Below, in pieces: positions 9,620 through 19,394 of a stretch of 64,000 nucleotides of DNA. Numbering within the stretch: the first letter of the stretch is position 1; each line of letters begins with the position of its first letter. The stretch is from Nitrospirota bacterium (GTDB lineage Bacteria; Nitrospirota; UBA9217): contig CAVVOB010000020.1 in the NCBI GenBank assembly GCA_963749655.1, positions 64,001 to 128,000 on the forward strand, written 5' to 3'. The notes under the pieces are model-generated. The model did not search any database. It worked only from the letters and a program-made list of their open reading frames with translations, and was not told the origin of the DNA. A program made the translations under genes and the position numbers.

Positions 9620-11723
9620 ATGCTCGACTCCCTGTTCAATCCCCGCTCGATCGTCGTCAGTCGGCGCGTCGGCAGATCCCAAAAAAGTCGGCTACGCCGT
9701 TCTGAACAATCTTATCCGGTTCAACTACCAGGGCTGCGCTCTATCCCGTCAATCCCTCGTGCGCGGAGAGATCCTCGGCCTCAAGGCCTATCCCCGGGTC
9801 TCCGATATCGGCGGAAGAGGTCGGACCTCGCGATCATCGTCATCCCCGCCCAGGCTCGTTCCCGCGGCCGCTCCGGGACTGCGCGGCAGCGGGGATCAAA
9901 TCCGCCATCGTCATCAGCGCCGGGTTCAAGGAAGCGGGCAAGGACGGCACGCTGCTCGAGGAGGAGCTGAAGAAGATCGGCAAGGAACAGGGCATCCGCA
10001 TCCTGGGCCCGAACTGCCTGGGCCTCATCAACACGGCGAACGACATGAACGCCACCTTCGCCGCGGACATGCTGCCGAAGGGGCACGATCGGCTTTTTCT
10101 CGCAGTCCGGCGCCATGGGCATCGCCATCATGGACTGGGCCATCGGGAACGACGTGGGGTTCTCGAAGTTCATCAGCCTCGGGAACAAGGCCGACCTGTC
10201 GGAGATCGACTTCATCGAGTATTTCATGAACGACCCCGGACACCAGCCTCATCCTCGGCTACATCGAGGACGTGGTGGACGGCAGGCGGTTCATGGAGAT
10301 CGCGCAGAAGGCGACGAAGGTGAAGCCCATCGTCCTGCTCAAGTCCGGCGGCACCGAGGCCGGCGCCCGCGCGGCCTCGTCGCACACCGGCGCGCTGGCA
10401 GGATCGGACATGGCCTTCGACGCGGCCTTCAAGCAGACCGGCGTCATGCGCGCCCAGGGCGTGCAGGACCTCTTTGACACGGCCCTGGCCTTTTCCGAGG
10501 GCAAGATCCCCGGCGGCAACGGCCTGCTCGTGATCACGAACGCCGGCGGTCCGGGCATCATCGCGGCGGACACGGCCGAGCGGCTCGGCATCGAGCTTCC
10601 GCACATGACCCGGGAGAGCATCGACGCCATGGCCGCGAAAGCTGCCGCCCAATGCCACGATCTTCAATCCCGTGGACGTGATCGGCGACGCCACGTCGGA
10701 GCGCTATGCGGCCGTGCTCGAACAGGCGGCCAAGGACCCCAACGTGGACGGCATGCTCGTGATCCTCACGCCCCAGGCCATGACGGACATGGACAAGACC
10801 GCCGATGCGGTCATCGCAACGGCCCGGTCCACGGACAAGCCGATCATCACCTCCTTCATGGGGGAAAAGCGGGTGCGCTCCGCCATCGACAAGCTGAAGG
10901 AGCGTCCATTCCCGAACTTTTCCTATCCCGAGCTGGCGGTCAAGGCCTTCAAGCGGCTGTCGGACCAGCAGCGCCTGGAAGAACGTGGTCCCGGAGGAGC
11001 TCTCGACCTGCTGGTACAATTTCGACGCTGCGGCCGAGACCGTCGCGTCCATCCTGAAGCAGGGCATCTACCAGGTGGGCGAGGAAGAGGCCATGCAGAT
11101 CCTCACCTACTACGGGTTCCAGTTCCCGAAGCGCGCGCTCGCCCGGACCTCGCGGGAAGCCGGCCGAGCTGGCGCCCGGATCGGCTTCCCGGTGGTGATG
11201 AAGATCTTGTCGCCCGACATCCTGCACAAGACCGACGTGGGCGGCGTGCGCGTGAACGTCAAGACCGCGCGAGGAGGCGGAAGACGCCTTCACGGAGATC
11301 ACGACCAACGCCCGGCGCATCATGCGCGACGCCTTTATCAAGGGCGTGATGATCTACGAGATGGTGAAGGGCGGCAAGGAAGTGATCCTCGGCGTGACCT
11401 ATGACCGCACCTTCGGCCACATGATCATGTTCGGCCTGGGCGGCATCTATGTGGAGGTGCTGAAGGACGTGTCCTTCAGGATCGTGCCCGTGGCGCGGCG
11501 CGACGCCGTGGCCATGGTGAACGAGATCAGGACCGCGGCGCTGCTGCGCGGCGCCCGGGGCGAGCGGCCGGCGGACATCGACGCCATCGCGAGCTACATC
11601 GTGAACCTCTCGTGCCTCATCAACGACTTCCCCGAGATCCAGGAGCTGGACGTGAACCCGCTGGTGGTGATGGAGCAGGGCGCCGTGGCGCTGGACGCGA
11701 GAATCATCTTTAAAGGACAGTAG
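9620..11723 (+). CDS. acetate--CoA ligase (ADP-forming) family, CoA-binding plus ATP-grasp; multiple apparent frameshifts
   Basis: Fragments in different frames: LFNPRSI, ILGPNCLG, SQSGAMG, SLGNKAD, AASSHTGALAG, TNAGGPG, FPVVMKI.SPDILHKTDVGGV, ELDVNPL. Confidence 0.85.
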
Positions 11724-11757
11724 GGCAAGGGGCCAGGGTCCAGGGGCAAGGGGCAGG
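11723..11757. repeat. heptamer array (GGGCCAG-like x5), left arm
   Basis: GGGCAAG GGGCCAG GGTCCAG GGGCAAG GGGCAGG. Confidence 0.8.
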
Positions 11758-11770
11758 AGGAGGGGAACAC

Positions 11771-12138
11771 GTGGAACCAAATACGCAGGAGGTTGTTCGA
11801 CAGACTGACTGCTTGGCAAAAGGCTTATGCGCTGACTCTGGAAATTTACCAGGTCATCAAAGAAGTTTCCAAAGGAAGAGACCTACGGTTTAACGTCACA
11901 ATTGCGCGTGCGGCTGTATCGATCCCAGCGAACATTGCAGAAGGTTATGAAAGAAATCATAGGAAAGAATATGTGCAGTTCCTGTATGTTTCCAAAGGCT
12001 CATTAGGTGAAGTTGAGACGCATTTACTGTTAGCAAAGGATCTTGGATATCTATCAGAAAACGAATACAGCGCAGATCGAGAACAAGAGAAGTGAAACAA
12101 CACGGCTTCTCAACGGATTAATCAAGTCGTTATCTTGA
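11771..12138 (+). CDS. four helix bundle protein (23S rRNA IVP-like); apparent frameshifts
   Basis: FDRLTAWQKA..L..EIY, RAAVSIPANIAEGYER...EYVQFLYVSKGSLGEVETHLLLAKDLGYL, LLNGLIKSL; AT-richer than its neighbours. Confidence 0.88.
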
Positions 12139-12146
12139 CTGATTCT

Positions 12147-12174
12147 CTGGACCCTGGCCCCTGACCCTGGCCCC
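12147..12174. repeat. heptamer array (CTGGCCC-like), right arm, inverted relative to 11723-11757
   Basis: CTGGACC CTGGCCC CTGACCC TGGCCCC. Confidence 0.8.
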
Positions 12175-12193
12175 ATGCTCTTAAGGAGGTCCC

Positions 12194-13256
12194 ATGATTC
12201 CCATCTTCGTCGCATCCAACACCGGCTACGCCGGCAGCACGTTCATCTCCCTCGGCCTTGCCATGAAGCTCATGGAGCATGGGCTACACGGTCGGGTTCA
12301 TGAAACCCATCGGGACCGTGCCGGTAAAAACGGGCAAGGACGTCTATGATGCCGATGCCCTGTTCATCAAGGAGACGCTCGGGCTGGACGAGCCGCTCGA
12401 GGTGATCTCTCCTTTTGTGCAGACCTACGAGAACCAGACGCTGCTGTTCCAGGGGAAGATCAAGGACGCGCAAAAGGACGTCCTCGCCGCATTCAAGTCG
12501 CTCAAGAAGAAGGACTTCGTGATCGTCTGCGGCGGCGGCGATCTTTTTGACGGATCGCTGCTCGGGCATCGATGCGCTCTCGCTCCTGCGGCGCACATGA
12601 AGGCGCACGCTCCTCATGGTCGAGCCCTGGCGGGGCGAATCTTCGGCCGACGCGCTCTTCGGCGCTCGCACGCCTCCTGGGCGACCGCTTCGTGCGGCGG
12701 CGTCCTGAACAAGATGCCGGTCAACGCATGGTGGACCATGTCAAGGAGACGGTCAAGCCGTTCCTGGAAAAGAAGGGCGTGACGATCTTCGGCGTGTTCC
12801 CCAGGGACAAGTGCCTCGAATCCATGACCGTGGCGCAGCTGAACGAGATCCTGAACGGCAAGGTGCTCTGCTGCGAGGACAAGCTCGATGAGTTCGTGGA
12901 GAACTTTCTCATCGGCGCCATGGACGTGGACAGCGCGCTCAACTATTTCCGCAGGACGCCGAACAAGGCCGTGATCACCGGCGCCCACCGCTCCGACATC
13001 CAGCTGGCCGCCCTGGAGACCTCGACCCAGTGCATCATCCTGACCGGCGGGTTCACGACGAACGACGTGGTGCTCGGCAAGGCCCAGGCCAAGGGCATTC
13101 CCATCCTCTCCGTGGCCGGACGACACCTTCACGACCATCAACAAGATCGAGCTGCGCATGGGCAAGACGAGCATCCGGGAGAAGAGAAAGATGGAGCGGG
13201 TGAAGGAGCTGATGGACATCGAGTTCGATATGAAGGGGTTTTTGAAAAAGTCGTGA
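12194..13256 (+). CDS. phosphotransacetylase-family protein (BioD-like N-terminus plus DRTGG); apparent frameshifts
   Basis: AAGGAGG RBS; VGFMKPIG, FLIGAM, AVITGAHRSDIQLAALE, IILTGG. Confidence 0.85.
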
Positions 13257-13262
13257 AATAAA

Positions 13263-13410
13263 GAAGCAGGGTCGGTAGCTGAGTAGCAGGGTCCAGTAGC
13301 CGAGAAGCAGGGTCCGGTAGCCAAAGGCCAGGGTCCCGGTCCCGTGTACGGTGTCCTGAACTGCGTGATTCCTTCCCGGCCTCGTTGACCCTGGACCCCT
13401 GAACCTTGCA
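13263..13410. repeat. three tandem ~21-bp repeats plus a pyrimidine-rich inverted arm
   Basis: GAAGCAGGGTCGGTAGCTGA / GTAGCAGGGTCCAGTAGCCGA / GAAGCAGGGTCCGGTAGCCAA ... GACCCTGGACCCCTGAACCTTGC. Confidence 0.75.
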
Positions 13411-13424
13411 TTCTGGAGGTTCCC

Positions 13425-14946
13425 ATGTCCGACAAATCGATCATCATCATCGGCGGCGGGATTGCCGGCCTCTCGGCCGGGTGCTACGGCCAGATGAACG
13501 GCTTCCGCACGCGCATCTTCGAGATGCACAAGAAAAAGCCGGGCGGGCTCTGCACGAGCCTGGAAGCGGCAGGGCTATACGGTGAACGGCTGCCTCCACT
13601 GGCTCGTCGGCTCGGGCCCGGGGTCGGAGTTCCATGAGATCTGGAACGAACTCGGCGCGCTGGAGGGAAAGACCGTTCGTCGATTACGAAGAATACGGCC
13701 GCATCGAATCGCTGACGGCAAGCAGCTTCATCGTCTACACCGACATCGACCGGCTGGAGCGGCACATGAAGGAGATCGCGCCGGAAGACGGCGTCGTCAT
13801 CGATGAGTTCATCGCCGCGGTACGGGCATGCACGCGCTTCGAGCCGCCGCTCGAGAAGGCGCCGGAGGTGATGAACCTGTTCGATATGCTCAAGATGATC
13901 GTCACGAACTTCTCCGCTACTGCGCATGCTCTGGAAGTGGAACAAGGTCTCGCTCACGGACTTCGGCAACCGTTTCAAGAACCCGCTGCTCCGCGAAGCC
14001 TTCCCGCTGCTGTTCATGCCGGACTTTCCGCATGACCTTCATGCTCATGACCTTTGCCTGGATGCACAACAAGGCCGCGGGCTACCCCATCGGCGGGTCG
14101 CTCCCCTTCAGCCAGGCCATCGAAAAACGCTATCTCTCGCTCGGCGGCGAGATGCAGTCTACAAGTCAAGGGTCACAAAGATCCTGACGGAGAACAACCG
14201 GGCAATCGGCATCAGGCTCGAGGACGGCACCGAGCACCGCGCCGACTACGTGATCTCCGCCGCGGACGGCCATGCAACGATCTTCGAGATGCTCGAAGGA
14301 AAGTACGTCGACGATACGATCAGGGGCTATTACGAAAAGCTGATCCCCTTCCCGCCGCTGGTGTATGTTGCGCTCGGCGTGAACCGGACGTTCCCGGACC
14401 TGCCGGCGTCCGCGCGGCATTGCGCTCGAGCTTGACGGAACCGCTCGTGGTCGGCGGTGTGGAGCAGAAATTTCTCGACGCTCCATATCTACAATTTCGA
14501 TCCCACGCTCGCGCCGGAGGGCAAGACCGCTGCTCATCGCTCATGTTCCCGACGGATTATCGAATACTGGAGGAAACTTGCGCGAGAACGATGCAGCGTT
14601 ACAAGGCGGAAAAGGAGACGGATCGCGGACCGGGTCGTCGCGATCCTCGACAAACGCTTTCCCGGACTGGCCGGCCAGGTCGAGATGCGGGACGTGGCCT
14701 CGCCCACCACGTTCGTGCGCTATACCGGCAACTGGAAAGGGAGCTTCGAAGGCTGGCAGGTGACGCCCGAAGACCTGGAGCTTGGGCAAGGTCATGAAGA
14801 AGACGCTGCCCGGACTGGACAATTTCTACATGGCCGGACAGTGGGTCGAGCCCGGCGGCGGGCTGCCCGCCGTGGCCATGTCCGGCAGGAACGTGATCCA
14901 GATCATCTGCAAGAAAGAAAAGAAGAAGTTTACGACAGCCAGGTGA
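13425..14946 (+). CDS. NAD(P)/FAD-dependent oxidoreductase (phytoene dehydrogenase-like); apparent frameshifts
   Basis: IIIIGGGIAGLSAG, PGGLCTSW, GYPIGGS, DVASPTTF.RYTGNWKGS, FYMAGQWVEPGGGLP. Confidence 0.85.
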
Positions 14947-14958
14947 AGGAGCACGATC

Positions 14959-15240
14959 GTGCGAAATTGCGGCGCGCGGACCTTCGAAAAAATCGATAAA
15001 TCCGGGGTTGAGGGCATACTTAAAGTCCTGGCAGAGCACGGCGCTCTCGTGACCGGAACCAATCCCTGGGACGTGGACACGCGGAACCACGGTGTGCTGC
15101 TGCGGGGAGAGTGGAACGAGGATTCGTCGAAGCTCACCATCACCGTGACGGACGCAGACTGGTATGTCCCGCGGAAAAAAATATGGGAGAACCTGGAATC
15201 CCTGATGCAGATCGTGCAGAAAACTCCGAATTCACCATGA
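14959..15240 (+). CDS. hypothetical protein
   Basis: AAGGAG RBS, GTG start, stop overlaps the next ATG (ATGA). Confidence 0.6.
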   Translation: MRNCGARTFEKIDKSGVEGILKVLAEHGALVTGTNPWDVDTRNHGVLLRGEWNEDSSKLTITVTDADWYVPRKKIWENLESLMQIVQKTPNSP

Positions 15241-16034
15241 CCTCCCCCCGAACGGAAAATCGGCGATTGGGCCTGGCGTTGAGCGGCGGCGCTACCCGCG
15301 GACTGGCGCATATCGGGGTGCTCCAGGCGCTCGAAGACAACAAGGTCCGGCCTGACTGCATTGCCGGAACAAGCATCGGCTCCTTTGCCGCCGCGCTCTT
15401 CGCTTTCGGTGTGCCGCTCAAGGAGATCAGGCGGATAGCGCAGGGGATGACGCCCATCAAAGTGTCGCGGCTCAAGCTCTCCCGCCTGGCGCTGTTCTCG
15501 AACGAGGAACTGGGCAGGCTTATCCAAACCGTAATCGGTCACGTGAAAATCGAGGACTCCCCGATTCCGCTCGCCATCATGACCGTGGACATAGGCTCGG
15601 GCCAGAAAGTCGTGATGCGCACGGGCGAGCTCGCTCCCGCCATCATGGCAAGCAACGCCGTGCCCGGGCTGTACCGGCCCATATCCATCGACGGCCGCAT
15701 GCTGGTGGACGGCGGGATCGCGGAAGACGTGCCCATCTCCCCCTTGAGGGCCATGGGGGCCGACGTGGTCGTTGCCGTGAACCTCAGCGCGGAACGTCGA
15801 TACAGCGTGCCGAACGACATCATCGACATCATCCTGAACGCCATCGACATTGCCATTGACGAGAATACCAAGGTGCAGGTGCGGCAGGCCGACCTGCTCA
15901 TCGAACCGCGTTTGTCGCACTTTCCCCGCATGGATGTGACCAAGATCGATGAACTGATCGCCGAAGGCCGCAGGGCAACTGAAGCGAGCATCAACAAGAT
16001 AAGACAGCTCCTGGGCCGGGCTTCGGAAAAGTAG
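15237..16034 (+). CDS. patatin-like phospholipase
   Basis: LALSGGATRG, GTSIG nucleophile motif, DGG. Confidence 0.92.
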   Translation: MTSPRTENRRLGLALSGGATRGLAHIGVLQALEDNKVRPDCIAGTSIGSFAAALFAFGVPLKEIRRIAQGMTPIKVSRLKLSRLALFSNEELGRLIQTVIGHVKIEDSPIPLAIMTVDIGSGQKVVMRTGELAPAIMASNAVPGLYRPISIDGRMLVDGGIAEDVPISPLRAMGADVVVAVNLSAERRYSVPNDIIDIILNAIDIAIDENTKVQVRQADLLIEPRLSHFPRMDVTKIDELIAEGRRATEASINKIRQLLGRASEK

Positions 16035-16082
16035 TTGTTTTTGGCTCCTGTCAAAAGTTCTCCGAAAAGCGAAGGATGTTTT

Positions 16083-16109
16083 ACCGCAGAGAACGCAGAG
16101 GCCGCGGAG
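16083..16109 (+). repeat. 9-mer tandem array (ACGCAGAG-type x3)
   Basis: ACCGCAGAG AACGCAGAG GCCGCGGAG after a T run. Confidence 0.7.
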
Positions 16110-16217
16110 AAATGAGAATCCAACAAAGGAGCAGGTAAAAGAAGGCCGGTTTTGAAGGAAGACAGCCAAGCTGAACGTACCCCGGAGAATTGTTTCGTCG
16201 AAGAGGGAGGACGCACT

Positions 16218-16884
16218 ATGGAAGTCATCGACGCACTCAATAAGCGGTACACGGTCCGCGCATTCAAACCGGACCCTGTTGACCGCACGACGCTCGAAAA
16301 TATTTTTGACAGCTGCGCTCAGGGCGCCGTCATGGGCCAATACGCAGCCCTGGGATATTTACGTTGCAGGCGGCGAGGTGCTGAACAGGCTGCGCGAGGC
16401 CTACCTGCAGAACCTCAAAGACTGCGTGCCGCGGCAGCCCGACCTCACGGCGCCGAAACAGTGGCCCCCCGCGCTCCTCATGCGAATGGAGACGCTCCGC
16501 GCGGAGCGTTCGGCCACACTCGAGCGGGTCTGCCTTGACAAGTCTGTGTTGAAGGACCTGGCGACCATGAATTATCACTTCTTTTATGCGCCCGTTGTCG
16601 TGTACCTGTGCATGGACAAAACCCTTACCCCGTGGTCGGTGTTCGACCTCGGGCTTATGGCCCAGAGCATTATGCTCGCGGCTCAGCACCACGGCATCGG
16701 TTCGGCCACGGCAGTCACTCTGGTCGCCCATCCCGATCTGATCCGCAAGGAGCTCAAGATCCCTGACGAGCTTTCGATAATCATCGGCATCGCTCTCGGC
16801 TATGTGGATTCCGACCATCCGCAGAACCAGTATCGGAGCCCCCGCCGGACCGTTCAGGAAGCCGTCAACTTCAGGGGAATTTAG
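16218..16884 (+). CDS. nitroreductase (one apparent homopolymer frameshift near 16305)
   Basis: KRYTVRAF, RAPSWANTQPW, IALGY, SPRR; GGAGG RBS. Confidence 0.88.
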
Positions 16885-16964
16885 GGGCGCGCGATAGTGC
16901 GGCGTCGGGAGCCTTAGAGAAACAGTTCTTCCCGGTGTTGATGTCGCCCCATTTGTTCACGGCA

Positions 16965-17930
16965 TCAGAATTTTCGGATGAGGGCTGCGGAGATCGCCAC
17001 TTGCGACGACGTTATCTTGTCAGGGATATCATACGTAACGCCCGAACCATCGTAGAAATACTGGTGCTGCGTCCCTTCCGTTGAAATACTCAGATATTCT
17101 CCATTGATGCCCATGCTCCAATTCTCTGAAAAGCCCCACAAGCCGCCCAGTGACGCCAGATAAGCCGTTCCCGACGCGGTGCAGGTGCTTACTTTTGACC
17201 GAAGAATATGGTCGTCACGGTCCTTTGCCTGCGCAGACGGCGCATAGGCAATCCGCGCATTGGCAGTGAAGTCCTTACCTGCCTTGAAGTTTGCATCGAG
17301 GCCCGCATAGAATAGATCATAGATGACCTCATAGGTTCCCACAGGCCCGGAAACGTATCCCGTGAAGGAGGAGGCGTAGGGTCCATACCCGACCTGGTTT
17401 ACGTTGCTGACGTCGTAATTGAATTTCTCATGTCTGAAGCCGAGCAAAAGGCCGACCTTTGCATTCTCCCCTACTTCCGATCCGATGATCGCCCGGACAT
17501 CAATGATCTCCGCTTTTAACTCCGAATCGGACTCGGAATAGATATCCTTGCCGGGATGGGCCGACCCTACCTCAACTATGTCCATATCATTGGTCAGCCA
17601 GTCTGAATCCTTTACTTTTCCCGATCCGGAGTCCACATTTCTCTTCGCCGACAGATCGACCCGGAAAAAGGACCTTTTCGCATGGTTTTCGGAGTGATAC
17701 CCCAGGTTAACGCCGGCAAGAATGGTGCTCAGGGGAAATTCCAGTTCGCTTTCGATTCCGCTGCTTCCCGAGTACTCGCTGATATGATACATCGTATTTC
17801 CGAGGAGATATTCCGCCTGCAGGCCGACGGAGAACGAATCTTTTGTCCCGCTCTCCGCGGATAACGCAAGGTCCGGCACAGTCCAGAAGAACAAAGATCC
17901 TGCGAAGCAAAAGATGAAAAATGTATTCAT
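16965..17930 (-). CDS. omptin-family outer membrane protease
   Basis: Signal peptide, SELEFPL, DSDW and DDHILR (omptin Asp-x-Asp and Asp-x-His pairs), C-terminal Phe. Confidence 0.75.
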   Translation of the reverse strand: MNTFFIFCFAGSLFFWTVPDLALSAESGTKDSFSVGLQAEYLLGNTMYHISEYSGSSGIESELEFPLSTILAGVNLGYHSENHAKRSFFRVDLSAKRNVDSGSGKVKDSDWLTNDMDIVEVGSAHPGKDIYSESDSELKAEIIDVRAIIGSEVGENAKVGLLLGFRHEKFNYDVSNVNQVGYGPYASSFTGYVSGPVGTYEVIYDLFYAGLDANFKAGKDFTANARIAYAPSAQAKDRDDHILRSKVSTCTASGTAYLASLGGLWGFSENWSMGINGEYLSISTEGTQHQYFYDGSGVTYDIPDKITSSQVAISAALIRKF

Positions 17931-17967
17931 TTGGCCTCCCTCCGAACTCGCGAACCTGCCGTCGCAT

Positions 17968-18001
17968 AAAAAGCCCTCTCTCCGGATGCGCGAGAGAGGG
18001 C
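17968..18001 (-). terminator. intrinsic terminator downstream of the beta-barrel gene
   Basis: AAAAA-GCCCTCTCTC...GAGAGAGGGC. Confidence 0.7.
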
Positions 18002-18091
18002 AAGGAGTATATTTCGTTCACAGTCGTTCGTCGATTTCGTCAATCGCCCGCAAAGCCGGCAAGGATCGATCTTCCGAACGCAAAGGAACGG

Positions 18092-18757
18092 CTAAAATCG
18101 ATAGCCAAGGACTACGTTTGCAATGACCGAATTTCCTTTAACCGTGCTGTCAGCCCAGTATCCGTTGTTGTTCCAGATTTTCCAATCGCCGGTGAAAGAC
18201 TGCGAACCGATTTCCAGACCCAGTTCGATGCCCGGTTTCGCAAAGGAATAATATCCCCCTGCAATAAACGTTTGCGACTGATAGCTCCCCGAATCCGTCT
18301 TGTTCCAGTTGACGCCGGAAGTCGACAGCTTCGTCTTTCCGTCTCCGGTCCCCAGTTCAAACCTGCCCTCCCACCTGAGGTTCTCGCTCGTTTTGAATCC
18401 GACGCCCGCGGTAATGCTGTAACCCTGTGCATCATAGTCGAAGGTCGTATTCCCGTTCCCCACCCCGATATTTTCGCTTCCCGAGTGTTTACGGGAAAAA
18501 TACCCGGCGCCGAGGATCCCGCTCACCTCGGGAGTAAAATAATAACTGTAAAGAAGTTCGATCTGCGCATTGCTGCTTGGTTCACCGCCTATTGAACCGG
18601 AACCGATACCTGCGATAGATACTTCGTCTGCCTGCGCGGCCATTCCATACTTGAGCCGCAAATCCAGATCATTCTCTGTCTGGCCAAAAGCCAGTGCCGG
18701 CAGAAGGACGAAAGCCGCCGCGACTGCCAAATTACGAATCGTTTTTATCATAATCAC
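18092..18757 (-). CDS. outer membrane beta-barrel protein
   Basis: Signal peptide (ALAFG), amphipathic strands, C-terminal LGYRF. Confidence 0.8.
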   Translation of the reverse strand: MIMIKTIRNLAVAAAFVLLPALAFGQTENDLDLRLKYGMAAQADEVSIAGIGSGSIGGEPSSNAQIELLYSYYFTPEVSGILGAGYFSRKHSGSENIGVGNGNTTFDYDAQGYSITAGVGFKTSENLRWEGRFELGTGDGKTKLSTSGVNWNKTDSGSYQSQTFIAGGYYSFAKPGIELGLEIGSQSFTGDWKIWNNNGYWADSTVKGNSVIANVVLGYRF

Positions 18758-19147
18758 CCTCCTTCCTTTCGAATTTGAGCCTCTTCTGCTTGTTCATGCA
18801 AGGACCCGACAGAAATCCCCATGGACAATAATCGCAGGGCTTTTGAAGAACCATGGTCGGGCTGCAACATCCTCTTTTTCGAACTAAAATTATTCGCGTG
18901 ATGTTTGATTCTCAGGTGAGCATCGACGGGCTGCTGCTTACTGGTTCATGATGCCGGTGCGATCGTCAGGATCAGCGGGTGTATCACAAATAGATCGCAA
19001 AAGAAGCAGGTAATGGTCGGGAATTTCGGAAAGAATATCAGAACAGAGCTTATGCGTCAACCAATAATTTAGTTCATATCCGGACGTTCGGCATTGCCCT
19101 ATCCCCCGGACGATAGGGCGTTTTTCCGCCTTCCTGTCCACGCCTTT

Positions 19148-19213
19148 GCTGGTTCAGGCTTGCAGCCTGAACCACCCGTTAACCGTTGGTTCAATCTGCA
19201 AGATTGAACCAGC
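19148..19213. repeat. inverted pair of REP-like palindromes
   Basis: GCTGGTTCAGGCT-TGC-AGCCTGAACCA and TGGTTCAATCT-GCA-AGATTGAACCAGC. Confidence 0.8.
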
Positions 19214-19394
19214 GTAACAAGAAATCACCAAACTGTAACTTCTTCGGGACCGCCGCAATTATGCATGGCCCTCGTTTCCCGTGCGATTTATTTGCCGACC
19301 TGTCAGGCAAAACACCTAATATATTGGTATAATTAACGTGTTTGGGCCGTTCGGCCTGCGGATCAGAGCCGGCGATCGACTCACAACGTTCACT

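Noticed and set aside
11771-12138. Diversity-generating retroelement (Avd-like protein)
   Set aside because: No reverse transcriptase and no TR/VR pair with adenine-specific differences seen.
13263-13324. Possible CRISPR mini-array
   Set aside because: Units are contiguous with no unique spacers, and there are no cas genes.
9620-14946. Dense frameshifts suggesting pseudogenes or programmed frameshifting
   Set aside because: Indels affect every gene in the block with no in-frame decay, and catalytic motifs stay intact. This fits low-coverage long-read consensus error.
18938-19141. RAYT transposase remnant beside the REP pair (EIPDHY)
   Set aside because: Only a short motif resemblance, with no HUH motif.
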